DNA from: Phoronis australis
Lineage: Eukaryota; Animalia; Phoronida
DNA length: 64,000 nucleotides
Assembly: GCA_002633005.1 (NCBI GenBank)
Contig: NMRA01000854.1
Span: 39,629 to 103,628, forward strand
Direction: 5' to 3'
Notes under the pieces: generated by a model
Databases searched by the model: none
What the model saw: only the letters and a program-made list of their open reading frames with translations
What the model was told of the DNA's origin: nothing
Part shown: piece after piece, positions 1 through 11,339 of the stretch
Layout of the letters: each line of letters opens with the position of its first letter
Position numbering within the stretch: the stretch's first letter is position 1
Made by a program: the position numbers and the translations under genes

Positions 1-72
1 AGGGAGTGTTTAAACATTTCTCAAATGACCTGGAATGTTTTACATTACTTGTTAATAACACCATGTACATAA

Positions 73-362
73 TTTTTTTGATATTACATGGGCGAATCAC
101 AAAGTAGTGCAGAGTAGAAATCTATATCCCTTACACTAATACCAACAACCAAACAATGCCGGAATTCCGTGAAGGAGACAAGGTTCAACATGACATCCAA
201 AGCAGCAGCATCAGGTAAGAACTCCCAGTCGGAAAGGCATGTCAACAAGTTCTTGAACGAACCCACTTTTGGCAGTGAATTCCATATCATCGTTCATTCA
301 AACGGAGTTGAACCCCAACTCAAGAGACTGCGCGGTGAGACTGACTAGCCGTGCTGTCTCAA
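73..362 (-). mobile_element. probable tRNA-derived SINE (degenerate) in a METTL1 intron
   Basis: On the minus strand there is a tRNA-like head with a B-box (GGTTCAACTCC, ~303-313), a body of about 230 nt, and a terminal A-run (T-run at 73-79 on plus). No intact cloverleaf. Confidence 0.45.
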
Positions 363-674
363 GGTCAATTCAGTGCTCACAGGTGGTGAAGTCCTGCTGA
401 CTATTGTTTATAAACACTCGACAAGTGTTCATGTTACAACTTAAAAATTATCTATTAGATTCTAAACTAGCATGTTTGTCATGAAAGCTAAATGGAATTT
501 ACAATTGTTAAGTTTAAATTTTAAAAAATATAATTATTAACACAAAGTAACTGGGTTTGCTTTACATAGCGCAAGCATGTTTTTACAAAAGCTGCGTCAT
601 GTGGTTGAAAGTTTTAGATACATCAAGTTTTTCATCAAAAAAGATCGTTTTTATGGTTCATGTGAGAAAACAAA

Positions 675-768
675 TCCTAAACTCGTCTCAGGTTTATGAC
701 ATGGGCAAAACCTCTTGGAAATTTTCAAGAGGTTTTGCCCATGTCATAAACCTAAGACTAGTGTAGGA
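675..768. repeat. near-perfect palindrome/hairpin (28-bp perfect stem, 8-nt loop)
   Basis: 690-717 aggtttatgacatgggcaaaacctcttg is the exact reverse complement of 726-753; pairing extends imperfectly to 675/768. Confidence 0.85.
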
Positions 769-901
769 ATCTCAACTTATTAGGTGCTAATTATCTTTCA
801 TGAAAAACAAGAAAGTGAAATCTCTTTTGTCCACCATATTGCCTCCAGAACTGGTAAGATTTTACCCTTGTTAAATTATTATTAAGTAAACTTTATTTTA
901 C

Positions 902-3900
902 CTAAAAGTCCACCATAACCGCACCCAATATCTGCAAACTCCACCATCTTGCATTTTTTCACAGATTTGACATCATCTGGGTCATCGTGTGATTGGTCAG
1001 TAGCCAGAGGTGCAAAGTATTCTGGATAGTATTTGGACCAGTCCATACATCTTGGGGACACCGGACTAAAAATAAGAAATGCGCCAGCAAAATTAAGATG
1101 ATTCAGAAAATCATGAAATGAATATTGCATGTGGGAATTTCTGCCAATATCTGTAAAACAAAATAGCTTTAAAAAAAATTGAATGTTTAGTAATTGCAGG
1201 GGCGTAAATGATCCATTCTTTAACTGGGTAACATTTTTTAAAAGTTGAAATTCGAACATTCCAGAATTTGAATGTTGACATCACAACAATTCTTTACAAA
1301 ATTTGCCCATAGCAAAAGTGTTGCCAGTTATTTCCAGGGATCCCTAGATTGTGCAGGAACCCAATCAAAAATAGCTTCAGAGAGCGCACCCATATTGAAC
1401 TCTAGACATTACCAACGTCATGGGTGTAGCTAGCATCATAATAAAGCAAACCATCCCAGAACATTAAGTTGATCACTTCACCTGCTAGCATTATGTCTAG
1501 TCGCCAGCATTAGTGAAACGAGGTAAAGTACAATTGAGAATACAAAGGTCTGAGGTAAAATATAGTTGAGAGTACAAAGGTCTTTGCTGCACCTTTAAGA
1601 ATTTTAGGAATTTGAAAATGCTCAACATCATGCAAAAGTGAGCATGGGAGGAAACCCTGTATAGATCACTTATAGCTCTCGGACAGTGAGGTGCGACACA
1701 AGAAACCAGGACTTGCTCACATGTGATGACGGAGTGAGTAAAGCCATTTGTCTTTGAATGGATTGCTTCTAACAGAGCTTGGAATATGACCAATGACAAA
1801 AAAAGAGGAAAAATTTCCAGGTGATGTATCATTCCACAAATAGGATTTTTTGATAGATATATTTTTTGTGTTGTAAAATTTAAGTGAAATGAACGTTTTC
1901 ACATCATGATTAACAAAGAGACAAAAAAGAGGGAAATGGAAATCAAATATTAGAGGAAATCAAAACCAAAAAAGGAAATACTCCTAAAATAGGAAAATTC
2001 CAAGCCCTGATCTAAAAATGAAAAACTCTCCAAAATAATAAACAACATTTCATTTAAAGAAACAAGTGACAAACGCAAAGTTTGCTAGAGGCAGGCCCAG
2101 TAAAGAGTGTAAATGAATTACTACGTCAAAATCCAAAATGCTCAAAATTTCCTTTGCAGTATTTCATTTGATTTTTTTTCAATTATGCAGTCTGCTAACA
2201 GCAACCTCTCTAAGTTCATTTTGGGTCCTAAAATTTCTCAACACATTCACTAATTGAAGAGCAAAAAACAAGTTGATAAACTTTCTTCTTGCCACTATAA
2301 ACATGACTTTTATAAAAATTACTCTCGTTATGATATCATTCTCAACATATTATGATATCAGTTATGATATCAGTTAGGATATCAGATATGATATCAGTTA
2401 TGATATGACTCTCAATGTGTTCTTTATTAATATCAGACATGATTTCCAGGTTTGGAACAAACTGACAGTTTACTATAGCTTTAGGCAGGCTCCATAAGTT
2501 GTCTTGTCACATTAGGAATATGCCACTACTCCCAAGGTCCACTAGCTAGTACGGAAGTTTACAAGCAGATGGGACTCTCCGACTGGGGATATGTCATACC
2601 ACCTGCCTCTCTCAGTGTTGAAAATGGCCATTTGCCAAAATGGGCAACATAACGAAGTACTGCTCGAAGAAAAAGTGCGATTATGGGAGTATTTGTTCCA
2701 GTTGGAAGGAATTAAAGACATCAGCGGCCTCCTAAGTTATCCCTCTATGCGCAATTTAAGCTATTTACAACAAGATTTTGATGGTTTAATCAGTATGAAG
2801 CACAATTCCCCAAAAAGCTTCTGGCATATGAACGCCTCTACTGAACAACTAGAGACGGTGGTCACTGTCTAATTTAGGCTTAGGCAATTACATCGCCCTT
2901 AATGCCGCAGGCATACAAGTGAGATAGTACATCCCCATAAAAAGTTACTAGTTTCAAAATATATCAAATAAAATCAAATGAAACATGCATATATGCACAT
3001 GGAGTTATAATTAACACATACCGTTACTCTGGATACAATTTAGTGAACATAACTTGAACATATTCACATGAAAATCTGTCGCGGTTCGCTCGAGTTTCTC
3101 TCCCCGGATGCCATTTTGAGGAAGTTATGTGAAAGCATGCCTATTGACGAACAAAAATCCAAGGGGCACAAATCAAACAAATTTCACCTATCTCAGTGTC
3201 ACGCGCCAGATTACGCGCTTCGCTCAGTCTCGAGCTAGCCTTAGTCTGACTCACACGACTCAGTCAAAATACTTTGTGGTTATCGCGCACGCGCGCGATG
3301 AAAAAGATAACGGTGACCAAAAAAGTAGAGTTGGAATTTCTGACCTTAATTAATTTTCGTAGCTATACTTCATCGAAGATATGTGTAGAAGCAGAAAGGA
3401 TCACTGAATAAAGTAAGCGCTTTTTTAAGTAAGCGATAGTTTTAAGTATAGAATGAATTTTTCACGAGGTGAAAACTCTTAATCGGTGAGTGAATTTCAC
3501 CTACCGCTCATTTAAAATACACATGACGAAATCAGTACAGAAAATGATGGGAAGTATTGTAGCCCCTAACCAGCCAACCGAGGTGCTACATATTGCCTTA
3601 GCTTAGGCTATGCTCGGTTATCACGACTGTGGTCAAGAATGAACGCATGCAGTCAAAAATGGATTTGAAACAAGAAGGCGTATTGACTTGCAGATGTATG
3701 GCTTTGAGTTTGAGCGTATATTAGGTTGGGTTTGCGGTGGGATTGGAACTAGGGCCCTATAAATGTTTAGATTACAGAAGCAGCTCTCAGCCTCAGGCTC
3801 AAGTTTGTTGACATAAAATCGTTAACAGACGAGGTAAATTTACAAGTAAACGACAACACTTGATACCCAGCACATACTAATCAAAGGAATGGTCAGCTAT

Positions 3901-4011
3901 AGGGTTAGAATGTGCCCTTTGCCTGTAGTATTTCTTCTGGGGCAGCTTCACATCGCTATGAACAGTAGCTGGTGACTGTGATTCAGCCTCGCGATCTTCT
4001 TGATCAGCCAT
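902..4011 (-). CDS. METTL1: tRNA (guanine-N7)-methyltransferase METTL1/Trm8, 5' part: coding exons 4011-3878 and 1065-902; gene continues off the left edge
   Basis: Exon 4011-3878 reads [44 protein letters not shown]+TA|gtatgt. Exon 1065-902 reads tag|T+[31 protein letters not shown]...[14 protein letters not shown]|gtaaaa. Phases join (TA+T=Tyr). [14 protein letters not shown] and the SAM motif [11 protein letters not shown] are METTL1/Trm8 hallmarks. Confidence 0.95.
1773..2009. mobile_element. short TIR element (MITE, hAT-like CAGGG ends); related copy at ~26954-27191
   Basis: Ends are cagagcttggaat ... attccaagccctg (inverted). Internal A-rich sequence (gaggaaat.aaaaccaaaaa) recurs at ~27130-27190. 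Confidence 0.6.
2329..2408. repeat. short tandem repeat (~12-bp unit ttatgatatcag)
   Basis: About 6 imperfect copies of tatgatatcagt. Confidence 0.7.
2881..3600 (+). mobile_element. non-autonomous DNA transposon, copy A (TAGGCAA termini, degenerate 9-bp TSD)
   Basis: Starts taggcaatt and ends tattgcctta; flanks atttaggct / gcttaggct (7/9 match). The whole length is homologous in inverted orientation to 4574-5339; a terminal fragment also occurs at ~62910-62960. Confidence 0.75.
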
Positions 4012-4573
4012 GCTTTGCTAAATTGGGTCATGTAACATGACCTATTTATATATTGTAACTCTTTTTGGAAACTTAAATGTACAAATATATTGATATATAA
4101 TTTAACTTTCATTTATATCTGACTCAATTATTCTAAGAAAAACGTAATTTTACATGATTTTTATTAGAATATATTTTTCCTTATCTACCCAGAACTCCGT
4201 TTCCTTCATGTCGGCCTCCATGAATTTTGATTTACGTGGCTAGAAATCTTATTTTTTTGAAGGAGCATCTAACAAAGGTAATGCTAACTATAATTTCTCT
4301 CGTGTAATTTCTAAAACTTTGCTTTAAAGCAGCAAAAATTTTGTGTGTTTCAAGTTTCGTTGCTGTAGGCCTATTCGTGAATAAGTTTAAGATCTCCGTA
4401 TCAAAATACAATGTCAATATGGTCACTTCCTCACGTCGGCTCCTCAACGCAACTTAACTCAATCACAAGTTCATGTACACAGACAGTGCAGTGGCGCAGT
4501 GCCCATCGGCAACTTGTCTAATTCTTTTTCCTCATATTTTATTACAGTGAAAAATCACGTTCCAGTGCAGCAG

Positions 4574-5339
4574 TAGGCAACACGTAGCCCCTCGGTTGGC
4601 AGGTTAGGGGCAACAGTACTTCCTCTTGACTATGGCTCTAATCAGTCTAATGGCTCTATCGCTTTCTGTATGAATCTCGTCCCGTGTATTTAATTTAAAG
4701 GGGCGGTAGGTTGAATCCAGCCACCAATTAGGAGTTTTCACCTCATCAAAGATACATTCCACACTTAAAACTAAGAAAAGCGCTTACTTTCTTCAGTGCC
4801 AGTGGTCTTTTCTACTTCTACACATATCTTTGATGAAGCTTAGTTACGAGAATTAAGGTGACTTTGGCGAAGAATTCCAACTCCACTTTTTTGGTCACCG
4901 TTAACTTTTTCACCACGCACGCGATAACCATAAAGTATTTCAACTCAGTCACGTGAGTTAGGCAAAGGCTAGCGCGAGACTGAGCGAAGCGTGGGTGGGA
5001 CGCTGGCGCGCGACACTTTCAAAATAGCATGGGAAGGTATCAGGTGAAATTTGTAAGATTTGTGTCCCTTTGACTTTTTATTTGTCAACATGCGTGATTT
5101 CACGTAACTTCCTCAAAATGGCTCCCGTTAAGAGAAACTCGAACAAACCACGACAGATTCGTTCATCGATTTGTTCAAATTATCTTGACTGAATCGTCTC
5201 CAGACTTATGGTATGTGTTAATTATAACTCCATGTGCATATATGCATGTTCATTTGAATGTTTTCCTGTATTTTGAAATTCGTAACTTTTTGTGGGGATG
5301 TACTATCGCCCCTGTATGCCAGGGCGATGTAATTGCCTA
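4574..5339 (-). mobile_element. non-autonomous DNA transposon, copy B (inverted relative to copy A)
   Basis: Starts taggcaac and ends aattgccta; flanks gtgcagcag / gcacagcaa (6/9 match). Colinear reverse complement of 2881-3600. Confidence 0.75.
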
Positions 5340-5380
5340 GCACAGCAATAGTCTGCCAGTTAGCTGTGTATGAACACTAC

Positions 5381-5904
5381 TGTTGTGTGGCGTGACTTCT
5401 GGTTGTGACGACATGTATAGTCAGATAAAGCCTCTCTAAGCCACTTGCCAAGTGGCAATTGCCTCTTGGCCAAATGGTTTAGACGCTTGGTCGTCACACA
5501 TGCAACCTGGGTTCAAGTCCCACTGGAGACACTGAAATTTTCTACATTGGTGCCCAACTAAGGAAAAATTTACGATTAACTCTGAAATGTAAAGTGGCTA
5601 ATGGAGAGGGGGTGACCTGGTAGTGATGGATTCAGAGCACAAAGAGAGCGTCACTGCCGGCAAATTCCAGGATGCTAGGCCTAGGGTGTTGCTGAGATCT
5701 AAAAGCCAGGGAGCTCGCCTGTTGGCGGTAGGGGAACAGTGTTGTGAAAGGTGACTTCCGGTTGTGACGACACGTGCAGTCAGATGAAGCCTCTCTAAGC
5801 CGCATGCCAAGTGGCAGTTGCCTCTTGACCGAATGGTTTAGACGCTTGGTCATCGCACGTGCAACCTGGGTTCAAGTCTCACTGGGACACTGAAATTTGC
5901 TACA
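5381..5904 (+). mobile_element. complete miniature LTR retrotransposon (TRIM) with tRNA-like Pol III promoter in each LTR (Helenus-like)
   Basis: LTR1 5381-5546 and LTR2 5740-5904, both TGT...ACA. PBS tggtgcccaac at 5548-5558; purine-rich tract ggtaggggaacag just before LTR2; 4-bp flanks ctac/ctat. A-box TGGCCAAATGG at 5467-5477 and B-box GGTTCAAGTCC at 5510-5520, repeated in LTR2. Confidence 0.85.
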
Positions 5905-6096
5905 CTATTGTCAAAATACAACTATGAGCTAGGTACCACTGGTACTGGTACTGTCAGGCACTGTGCGTTGAACATCGTTAGATTCAGAAATTTCACACAG
6001 CGCGGGTAGTTCTGCTCGTCACCTCGTCCTGAAACTTATATCAACATGTAGAACTAACGACCGGTGGGGGCATGCAAAATCTGGGAATTAACCAAT

Positions 6097-6560
6097 ACTC
6101 ACTTCGCCCGTTGCAACTGTTTAAGTGAAAAACAATTCTAATAAACATCATTTTTGTGCATAGTTCCCCGACTTTTGTAACAAAAGAAAAGTATGTTGTC
6201 ATTTTGAAAATAGTATGCTTGTGACACGCACACGCGCAATTTTAAAAAATTTTGCGACATCTCTTGGGAGATGGTGACAGCTTCGCAGCAGCAAAACTTG
6301 TTCTGAAATTCAGTTTGCTGGTATTAAAGTAATGAAAACTAGTAACTGATATGTAACCAGTTCTGATGATTTGTTGTGACATGTATGCAACCTCGTGGAA
6401 TAGACCTATTGAAGAATCGAGGAAACAAGAAATTGGCTAATATATGACGCAATATTTCATGGCGCCGAAAGCCGACACAAAAAAGCACTATAATTTTAGC
6501 AGTAGAGTAATGGTAGGATGTCAATTTTTCCAACACCGGTTAATAATTTAGTTTACTCAA
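6097..6560. promoter_or_regulatory. inferred bidirectional promoter region shared by METTL1 (-) and MFSD5 (+)
   Basis: Both genes have a splice acceptor a few nt before the ATG (METTL1 tttag|caaagcATG at 4018; MFSD5 ctttcag|gcacaggATG at 8167), which implies upstream 5'UTR exons. A minus-strand donor (GTGAGT) lies at 6102-6097. Exact TSSs are not determined. Confidence 0.4.
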
Positions 6561-7249
6561 GGAAGAGTGTAGTTTTTAATGACACTAATTTTGTATCAGA
6601 TTTCATTTGGTCAGTTTTTTACCCACGTTGGCACAAAGCTGTATATTAAGGTATACAGCTTTGCACCAAGGCTAGCCTTGTATCAAGGCTAGCCCAGCAG
6701 TAGCACCCAATAAACTGTGGTACTCCTTGCTAAGAGCCTGCTTCATAAGCGGGAAGCTTTTCGGCCAGTTATACCTCATACTAGTTTTGATTAAGTCGTC
6801 AAAATCACATTTCTATAAGAACCTTTTGCACACAGAGGGATACTTTAGGAGGCCATCTTTGTCTTTAATTCCTTCCAACTTGAACATATAATCAAACTTT
6901 TTTCGAGCAGTCCTTCGTTCAGTTGCCCAAATCGGCAACTGGCAATTTTTATACTGCTAGCGCCAGGGTATATGACGTCATACCTTCTGACCATTCTGAT
7001 TTTTGCTGTTTGACTCTATATGTTTACTTCCTGTATTATTTTGAGTGTTTTCTCAGATGTGTGCATGGCAACTCCATGAATTTTTGTGAGGTTCCCAAAC
7101 AAAATCTCAGGTCGCATTCTTGGTGACCTGCAGGCATCTTAACCCATTAGCCAAAGAGCAATAGCTTGTGGTTGAGTGATTAATAGAGGCCTTTATATTA
7201 CTATCAACACTCATTTGTAAATCCACCACTATGCCACTCACATACACTG

Positions 7250-7415
7250 TATATGTAAGGAGCACTACCACTATGTAAGAAAAGGAGTTCTAAAACTATA
7301 TATGTCAGTAAAGGAGTTCTACCATTATATATGTAAGTAAAGGAGTTCTAAACCTATATGTAAGTAAAGGAGTTCTATCATTATGTATGTAAGTAAAGGA
7401 GTTCTACCACCATAT
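7250..7415. repeat. minisatellite (~30-bp unit, tatatgtaagtaaaggagttcta...)
   Basis: About 5 degenerate tandem copies containing aaggagttcta. Confidence 0.75.
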
Positions 7416-8174
7416 ATTCCATTGTTGTAAAAGTGGTTATACCACATTGTACTTTCCATAGTTGTAAAAGCATCTTGTGCATTGCACTGGTCAACTACAG
7501 GAATGTCCACATATTACGGCATCCACCACTTTTTACCCTCTGCCGCCTATGTCATCACCCGCCATCGTGATATAACCCCCCATACATCATCACAGCCAAC
7601 CCCCTCCCGCATTTAGGCAGTAATTGAATAGGTTTGTCATTTGTCTATAGATGTTTACGGGTAAACCTTGGAAGAGTGAAACGACTGGTCCCATTCTGGA
7701 ATTAGTTAATTCCCCTTGAAGGTGAACCAGTTTCCCAGTGATATATATTGTGATGGAGATATTTTAATAAACCACATGGTGATGTCACCATTAATCTAAT
7801 CCCCCATCATAAATCGTCATCTTTTCCAAACCTCCTCCCTCCCGAGTATTGACGTAATCCGTGAGTATTCTCTAACCACAGGGACCAAACTATTGACCCT
7901 GACATGAGAGCTTTAGCTTTCAGATGATTGGCAATGTTGCTGATTCCTTAATACCAGTACAAAAGAAGGATTCTTTTGAAAAATAAACTTATTATGGAAT
8001 GATACCCCCCCTCTCCCGTTGAGTACTTGCTATGATTGACTAAACAATGTTGGTGGTTAGTGACTCAAAATATGATGTTGAGAACTGGGTAATCAATCTT
8101 CTACGTTGTGGTAGTAAAAGAAAAAAGTTAACTACACTCGACCGAACATTTTATTTTTGTCTTTCAGGCACAGG

Positions 8175-9560
8175 ATGTTCAGCAGTGTTTTCAATCGCAA
8201 TTGCTACATTGCGTTCGGAACTGTAGCTCTGGCGTATGTTCCAATAGGCTACTTAGCCTACAAGTCCAAGTTGACTTACAGTGTTGGAAACAATCCTGCA
8301 TTTGTCAAATTCCGGAAGGAATACTTTCTGGCCTACTTTCTTGCCATGGCTGGGGACTGGCTGCAAGGACCTTACTTGTACAAGTTGTACGCTCATTATG
8401 GATTTCTTGAAGCACAGATAGCTGTTCTGTACGTGTGTGGATTTGCTTCGACAGTCATTTTTGGAACATGGGCGCCAGCGTTAACTGAGAGATTTGGAAG
8501 GAAGAAACTATGCGTTGCCTGCATGATCATCTATGTGATAGCATGCTTGTTGACACTGTCCTCTCTCTATGGCATTCTTGCTCTTGGTCGAATTTTAGGA
8601 GGTATTGCAACATCACTGCTATTTTCTTCGTTTGAGGCGTGGTATGTGCACGAGCACATTGACACTCATGATTTCCCAAAGGAGTGGATATCGGTAACCT
8701 TTAAAATAGCCTCATTGTGGAATGGCGTCATATCAGTGGTCTGTGGTATAATTGCTAACTTGTTTGTTGGAAGTATGCCAGGCCTTGCGGGACCAGTTTG
8801 GCCTTTCATGTTGGCCGTGCCATGTTTTATGACTTCAGCACTGATTGTACTCAAGCAATGGAATGAAAACTATGGTCATCAGAAAGTAAATCTTAGAAAG
8901 TCGTGCATGCAAGGGTTACGTGAGATTGCTTTCAACAAGCGCATATTTCTGATGGGTGCCATTCAGGCTTTGTTTGAAAGTGTGATGTACATCACAGTGT
9001 TTTTGTGGACTCCAGTATTAGATGGTATGACGCGAGCTGATGCACCATTAGGCATCATTTTCTCCACATTTATGGTCTGTATCATGATGGGAAGTAGTTT
9101 GTTTCAAATCCTCTCGGCCAAAAATATATCTGTGTGTTTCATATTGGCTTTTGCCATGTTGCTGGCAATGCTGTCAAACTCTCTATGTGTCATATCTACT
9201 CACAAAGCAGTTCGGGAGGTGTCTCTCAGTTTTATTTGCCTCGCTTTATTCAATACCTCAGCAGGAATCTACTTTCCGGCCATGAACTATTTACGAGACA
9301 CGATTATACCGGAAATACACAAAATCTCCATCATTGGTTGGTTCAGAGTCCCTCTCAATTTCATCGCATGTATCGTATTGATGACATTACATAATGATAA
9401 CAGCCGACATGGCAACAATGTGATATTCATTGTCTGTTCAATTCTTTGCTGTGCTGCATTAGTCTGTGTTGCCAGTTTCCGTGCTCTCTTGAGAAAATCA
9501 GAAGATGTTGCAGAGTTGATAAATCGAAACGACAACCAAGAAACTCTTATTTTGGTATAA
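8175..9560 (+). CDS. MFSD5: molybdate-anion transporter MFSD5 (MOT2-type MFS transporter), single coding exon, 461 aa
   Basis: Motifs NPAFVKF, YFLAMAGDWLQGPYLYKLY, LGRILGGIATSLLFSSFEAWYVHEH, IQALFESVMYITVFLWTPVLD and WFRVPLN match the MFSD5 family. Many hydrophobic TM segments. The real ATG is at 8175, just after the acceptor ctttcag at 8167. Confidence 0.95.
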   Translation: MFSSVFNRNCYIAFGTVALAYVPIGYLAYKSKLTYSVGNNPAFVKFRKEYFLAYFLAMAGDWLQGPYLYKLYAHYGFLEAQIAVLYVCGFASTVIFGTWAPALTERFGRKKLCVACMIIYVIACLLTLSSLYGILALGRILGGIATSLLFSSFEAWYVHEHIDTHDFPKEWISVTFKIASLWNGVISVVCGIIANLFVGSMPGLAGPVWPFMLAVPCFMTSALIVLKQWNENYGHQKVNLRKSCMQGLREIAFNKRIFLMGAIQALFESVMYITVFLWTPVLDGMTRADAPLGIIFSTFMVCIMMGSSLFQILSAKNISVCFILAFAMLLAMLSNSLCVISTHKAVREVSLSFICLALFNTSAGIYFPAMNYLRDTIIPEIHKISIIGWFRVPLNFIACIVLMTLHNDNSRHGNNVIFIVCSILCCAALVCVASFRALLRKSEDVAELINRNDNQETLILV

Positions 9561-10850
9561 TCCAGCTGTGTCATTGTGAGACATAATCTTACACCTGGAA
9601 TTGCAAATCTGACTATACCTGTTGAATTGAAACATTGGTAAATTATTGGAACTTTACCTTCATAAACAGTTTTTGTGAGGTACATGTATGCAGCAATAAA
9701 AATTCTGATGTGTAAACATGTTCAGTATAAAACTTGCCTTTGATGGGCACCCATCAGTCAGATATTCGGTTAACTCGGGCAGAGTTCTGTGGTATAGCTG
9801 TATTTGTGCACTTGACTTTTCTGATAAGTCGCAATTTGCTGAACTCTCATGAAAATCTCAAGTCCCAGTTGGATGCAACTTAAATGAGTTATACCTTTGA
9901 TAATGCAAAATGGCAGTCCCAAGTGAATAGGGATTTTTGCTAAGACACAGCTATTATCATTGATTTAAATAACTATTATCCAAAATAACTATTTTAATAT
10001 CCAAAATAACTATTATCCAACCAAATGCTGTACTGGCATTCAATAAACATTGTAGTTACATCTGGTATCTAAGTAGATCTACTTTACGTGAAGTAGTGAG
10101 ATGCAATGATCGAAATATTGGAGTTTTGATTCATTTACATTTTGTAGCTTTCCAAGAAAATGTGCTGGCTACTTTGAACAGCCTATAATGACGAAATTGT
10201 GCTCTCATTGCTGAAGAATTGTACTGAATTTCCCACTTATTTTTCCCCTTTGTCTATTTACATTATGAACCATGTGTGTCAATTGTTTGTCATTACTGTT
10301 CTGGTGAGTTCATTTCCATATCAGCCAATTGAGGGAGTATATTTTATGTTACAGTCGTCAGATCTGTAGTGTTCTTCTGTCAGTGGTTTGTGTCTGTTAA
10401 AGTTTCTTTAATTTAGAATGTAAAAGGACATTATTTGGTGCTTTCACTGGCAAAAATATTTACGGGGAAAACATTATGTGAAGAGAGAATTACCGCTGTA
10501 GGATTCGTCTGTGTAGAGAACGAATATTTATGAGCCACCAGGCACATTAGGCCTGCAGGAACTGGTTTGTTTCTTGAGCCGATAAGGGTCTTCAACTCCA
10601 CAGGAGGAAATGCTAGTCCATGGCAGACTACTTTCCAGCCCTGGCTGGCCCTCGTTTTTAGGCAGACAAAACTAAATAACTGTGGCTCCCATGACTTTTG
10701 GCAATTTCAGCTCAGCCTGGTGTTTTGTGAAATTTAAAGCCCCTGACATGTGGTAATAGGGTTGCCATTTTCCTATCATTTTTAAGAATTGTATGTTTTG
10801 GTTACACATGTAATATTCCTGTTTCTGGAGAGTTGATTTAAGATTACGCA

Positions 10851-11339
10851 TTATTGAAAGTTATGTGGCGAGCTGTATCTCAGCCTCAATACCTCAACAC
10901 TAATTGTTGAAAGTTATGTGGCGAGCTGTATCTCAGCCTCAATACCTCAACACTAATTGTTGAAAGTTATGTGGCGAGCTGTTTCTCAGCCACAATACCT
11001 CAACACTAATTGTTGAAAGTTATGTGGCGAGCTGTATCTCAGCCACAATACCTCAACACTAATTGTTGAAAGTTATGTGGCGAGCTGTATCTCGGCCTCA
11101 ATACCTCAACACTAATTGTTGAAAGTTATGCGGCGAGCTGTATCTCAGCCTCAATACCTCAGCACAAATTGTTGAAAGGTATGTGGCGAGCTGTATCTCA
11201 GCCACAATACCTCAACACTAATTTTTGAAAGTTATGTGGCGAGCTGTATCTCAGCCACAATACCTCAACACTAATTGTTGAAAGTTATGTGGCGAGCTGT
11301 ATCTCAGCCTCAATACCTCAACAATAATTGTTGAAAGTT
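10851..11339. repeat. minisatellite, 53-bp unit x ~9
   Basis: ttgttgaaagttatgtggcgagctgtatctcagcctcaatacctcaacactaa repeated head-to-tail with few substitutions and no spacers. Confidence 0.95.

Noticed and set aside
5461-5530. Functional tRNA genes at 5461 and 5820
   Set aside because: The A/B boxes are present, but the acceptor and anticodon stems pair poorly and differ between copies, and both sit inside LTRs.
8157-8174. N-terminal extension of MFSD5 (MSFRHR)
   Set aside because: It begins at TTG within the polypyrimidine tract/acceptor; the real ATG is at 8175.
9287-9685. Antisense and alternative-frame ORFs over MFSD5 and other exons
   Set aside because: These are shadow ORFs of real coding sequence with no independent family signal.
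10851-11339. CRISPR-like array
   Set aside because: The units are contiguous 53-bp repeats with no unique spacers and no cas genes, in a eukaryotic context; this is a minisatellite.
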